Assembly: GCA_951406725.2 (NCBI GenBank)
Contig: OX597817.1
Location: 158,348,001 to 158,412,000 of the forward strand
Origin: Octopus vulgaris
Lineage: Eukaryota
Length of the DNA stretch: 64,000 nt
Direction: 5' to 3'
Numbering within the stretch: the stretch's first letter is position 1; each line of letters starts with the position of its first letter. The translations under genes were made by a program, and so were the position numbers. A model generated the notes under the pieces. That model had not been told where the DNA came from and ran no database searches. It worked only from the letters and a program-made list of their open reading frames with translations. Below are positions 62,743 through 64,000 of this stretch, piece after piece.

Positions 62743-63160
62743 GGATCTTTTCGGTCCGACCGGCAGTTTTTTAAAATAATTTCCACGTAACTAAACACTT
62801 TTAAACTTCGTATACTGGTAGAATGTGTTTATAAAACATCTTTTTCTCTTGGCTTTTTTGAGAAAATTCTATAGTTTGTAAGAAATTTCTTTTTTTTTTT
62901 TTTTTCTTCAATTTCTGCAATTTCAAACAATCAATGACGTCTATTGAGGTGAAAACATTCTGTGCCGTATGAATATGTCCCTCGTTTAAGAAACATATTG
63001 GGTTTATTTACATTTGTGAATAAAAAAAGATATTCTTCCCCCACCTTTAACCCTAACCCTAACCCTAAAACAGATTGAAATCGATACTAGGGTCATAATT
63101 ATGGGTGACAATTTCATATGACATCGCTAGAAAAAACTGCCGGTCAAACCGAAAAGATCC
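62743..63160. mobile_element. MITE with ~28-bp TIRs; truncated copy at 19695-20033
   Basis: GGATCTTTTCGGTCCGACCGGCAGTTTTT / AAAAAACTGCCGGTCAAACCGAAAAGATCC; short internal (CCCTAA)3. Confidence 0.8.
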
Positions 63161-63647
63161 ACTTTCGGAATAGCTCTCATATACGTCGGATTTTTTTTTC
63201 TCTCTAGGATTTTCAAAAATCTTTTATTATCACTCGTACCAAAACACTCGACAGAAAATTAAATATGATGTTTGTCGAACAGATCGCCCCCACCTCTTTC
63301 ACTGTGCATTCCGAATATTAACCACCGCTTAAACGATTTTTTCCTTTTTAATTATTTTTCGTCATGTAATAGTATTCTAAATTTGGAAAAAAACTTACCT
63401 GCATTTTTAGAGAAAAGAACAATTTCCTTCTCCCACCTTATCGTATTTTCCACCATTAAAATGTTTTTTCGTTGTTTTTTCTTTTACCTTTTTGTTCACA
63501 CTTTTGCCATTACTCTCTCTTTACTTGTTTCAGTCATGTGACTGTGGCCCCAGGACTTATTCTTTGTAAGCCTAGTACTTATTCTATCGGTCGCTTCTAT
63601 CGGTTGTCAAGCGATCTTGGGCGGGGGACAAAACACAGACACACAAA

Positions 63648-63693
63648 CATATACACATACATACATACATACATACATACATACATACATACA

Positions 63694-63786
<93 letters not shown>
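63648..63786. repeat. (TACA)n(TA)n compound microsatellite inside a SINE
   Basis: Direct inspection. Confidence 0.95.
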
Positions 63787-64000
63787 GATGGGCTTCTTTT
63801 CAGTTTCTGTCTACCAAATCCACTCACAAGGCTTTGGTCAGCCCAAGGCTATAGTAGAAGACACTTGCCCAAGGTGCCACGCAGTGGGAATGAACCTGTA
63901 AAATCTTTTGCCTTTTCCTATACGGCACAAATAAAGTAAAGAAACCATATTTATTACGTGCTTATTAATTTTTTCCACCCCAAGATTATAATTTTTACAC

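Larger units (their letters stand above)
3604..63897. mobile_element. tRNA-derived SINE family B: 3604-3960+, 3998-4350+, 24699-25080+, 38976-39392-, 52812-53168+, 55905-56273-, 63515-63897-
   Basis: Head GGAGTGGCTGTGTGGTAAGTAGCTTGC...GGTTCAGTCCC, then CACCTTGGGCAAGT, internal microsatellite, tail GACTGAAACAAGTAAAAGA. Confidence 0.8.

Noticed and set aside
63048-63070. (CCCTAA)3 as interstitial telomere
   Set aside because: Only three units and internal to a MITE that has another copy at 19.7 kb

Overview
AT-rich, repeat-dense eukaryotic DNA. The SINE/RTE repeat content looks like octopus (coleoid cephalopod); this is my recognition of the repeats, not a database result. Three spliced genes can be rebuilt with consistent exon phases: (1) the 5' five exons of a CP110/CCP110-like centriolar protein on the minus strand (18091 to 409, continuing off the left edge); (2) a complete 9-coding-exon folliculin (FLCN) on the plus strand (30749-46004, 536 aa); (3) a complete 4-exon TMA7 on the minus strand (61687 to 54118, 65 aa). 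Intron 1 of the CP110-like gene holds a full-structure non-autonomous gypsy-type LTR element (12074-16396). Its single long ORF stays open although the RT core is deleted, and its two LTRs are near-identical except for the last ~200 bp. The rest is tRNA-derived SINEs, RTE LINE fragments and tails, Helitrons and MITEs. The most notable unexplained items are five minimal type I hammerhead-ribozyme-like motifs in small Penelope/retrozyme-like inserts (one near-intact), a structured CpG-rich unique island at 25.1-25.65 kb that may belong to a non-coding transcript divergent from FLCN, and a long hairpin in the FLCN 3' UTR.
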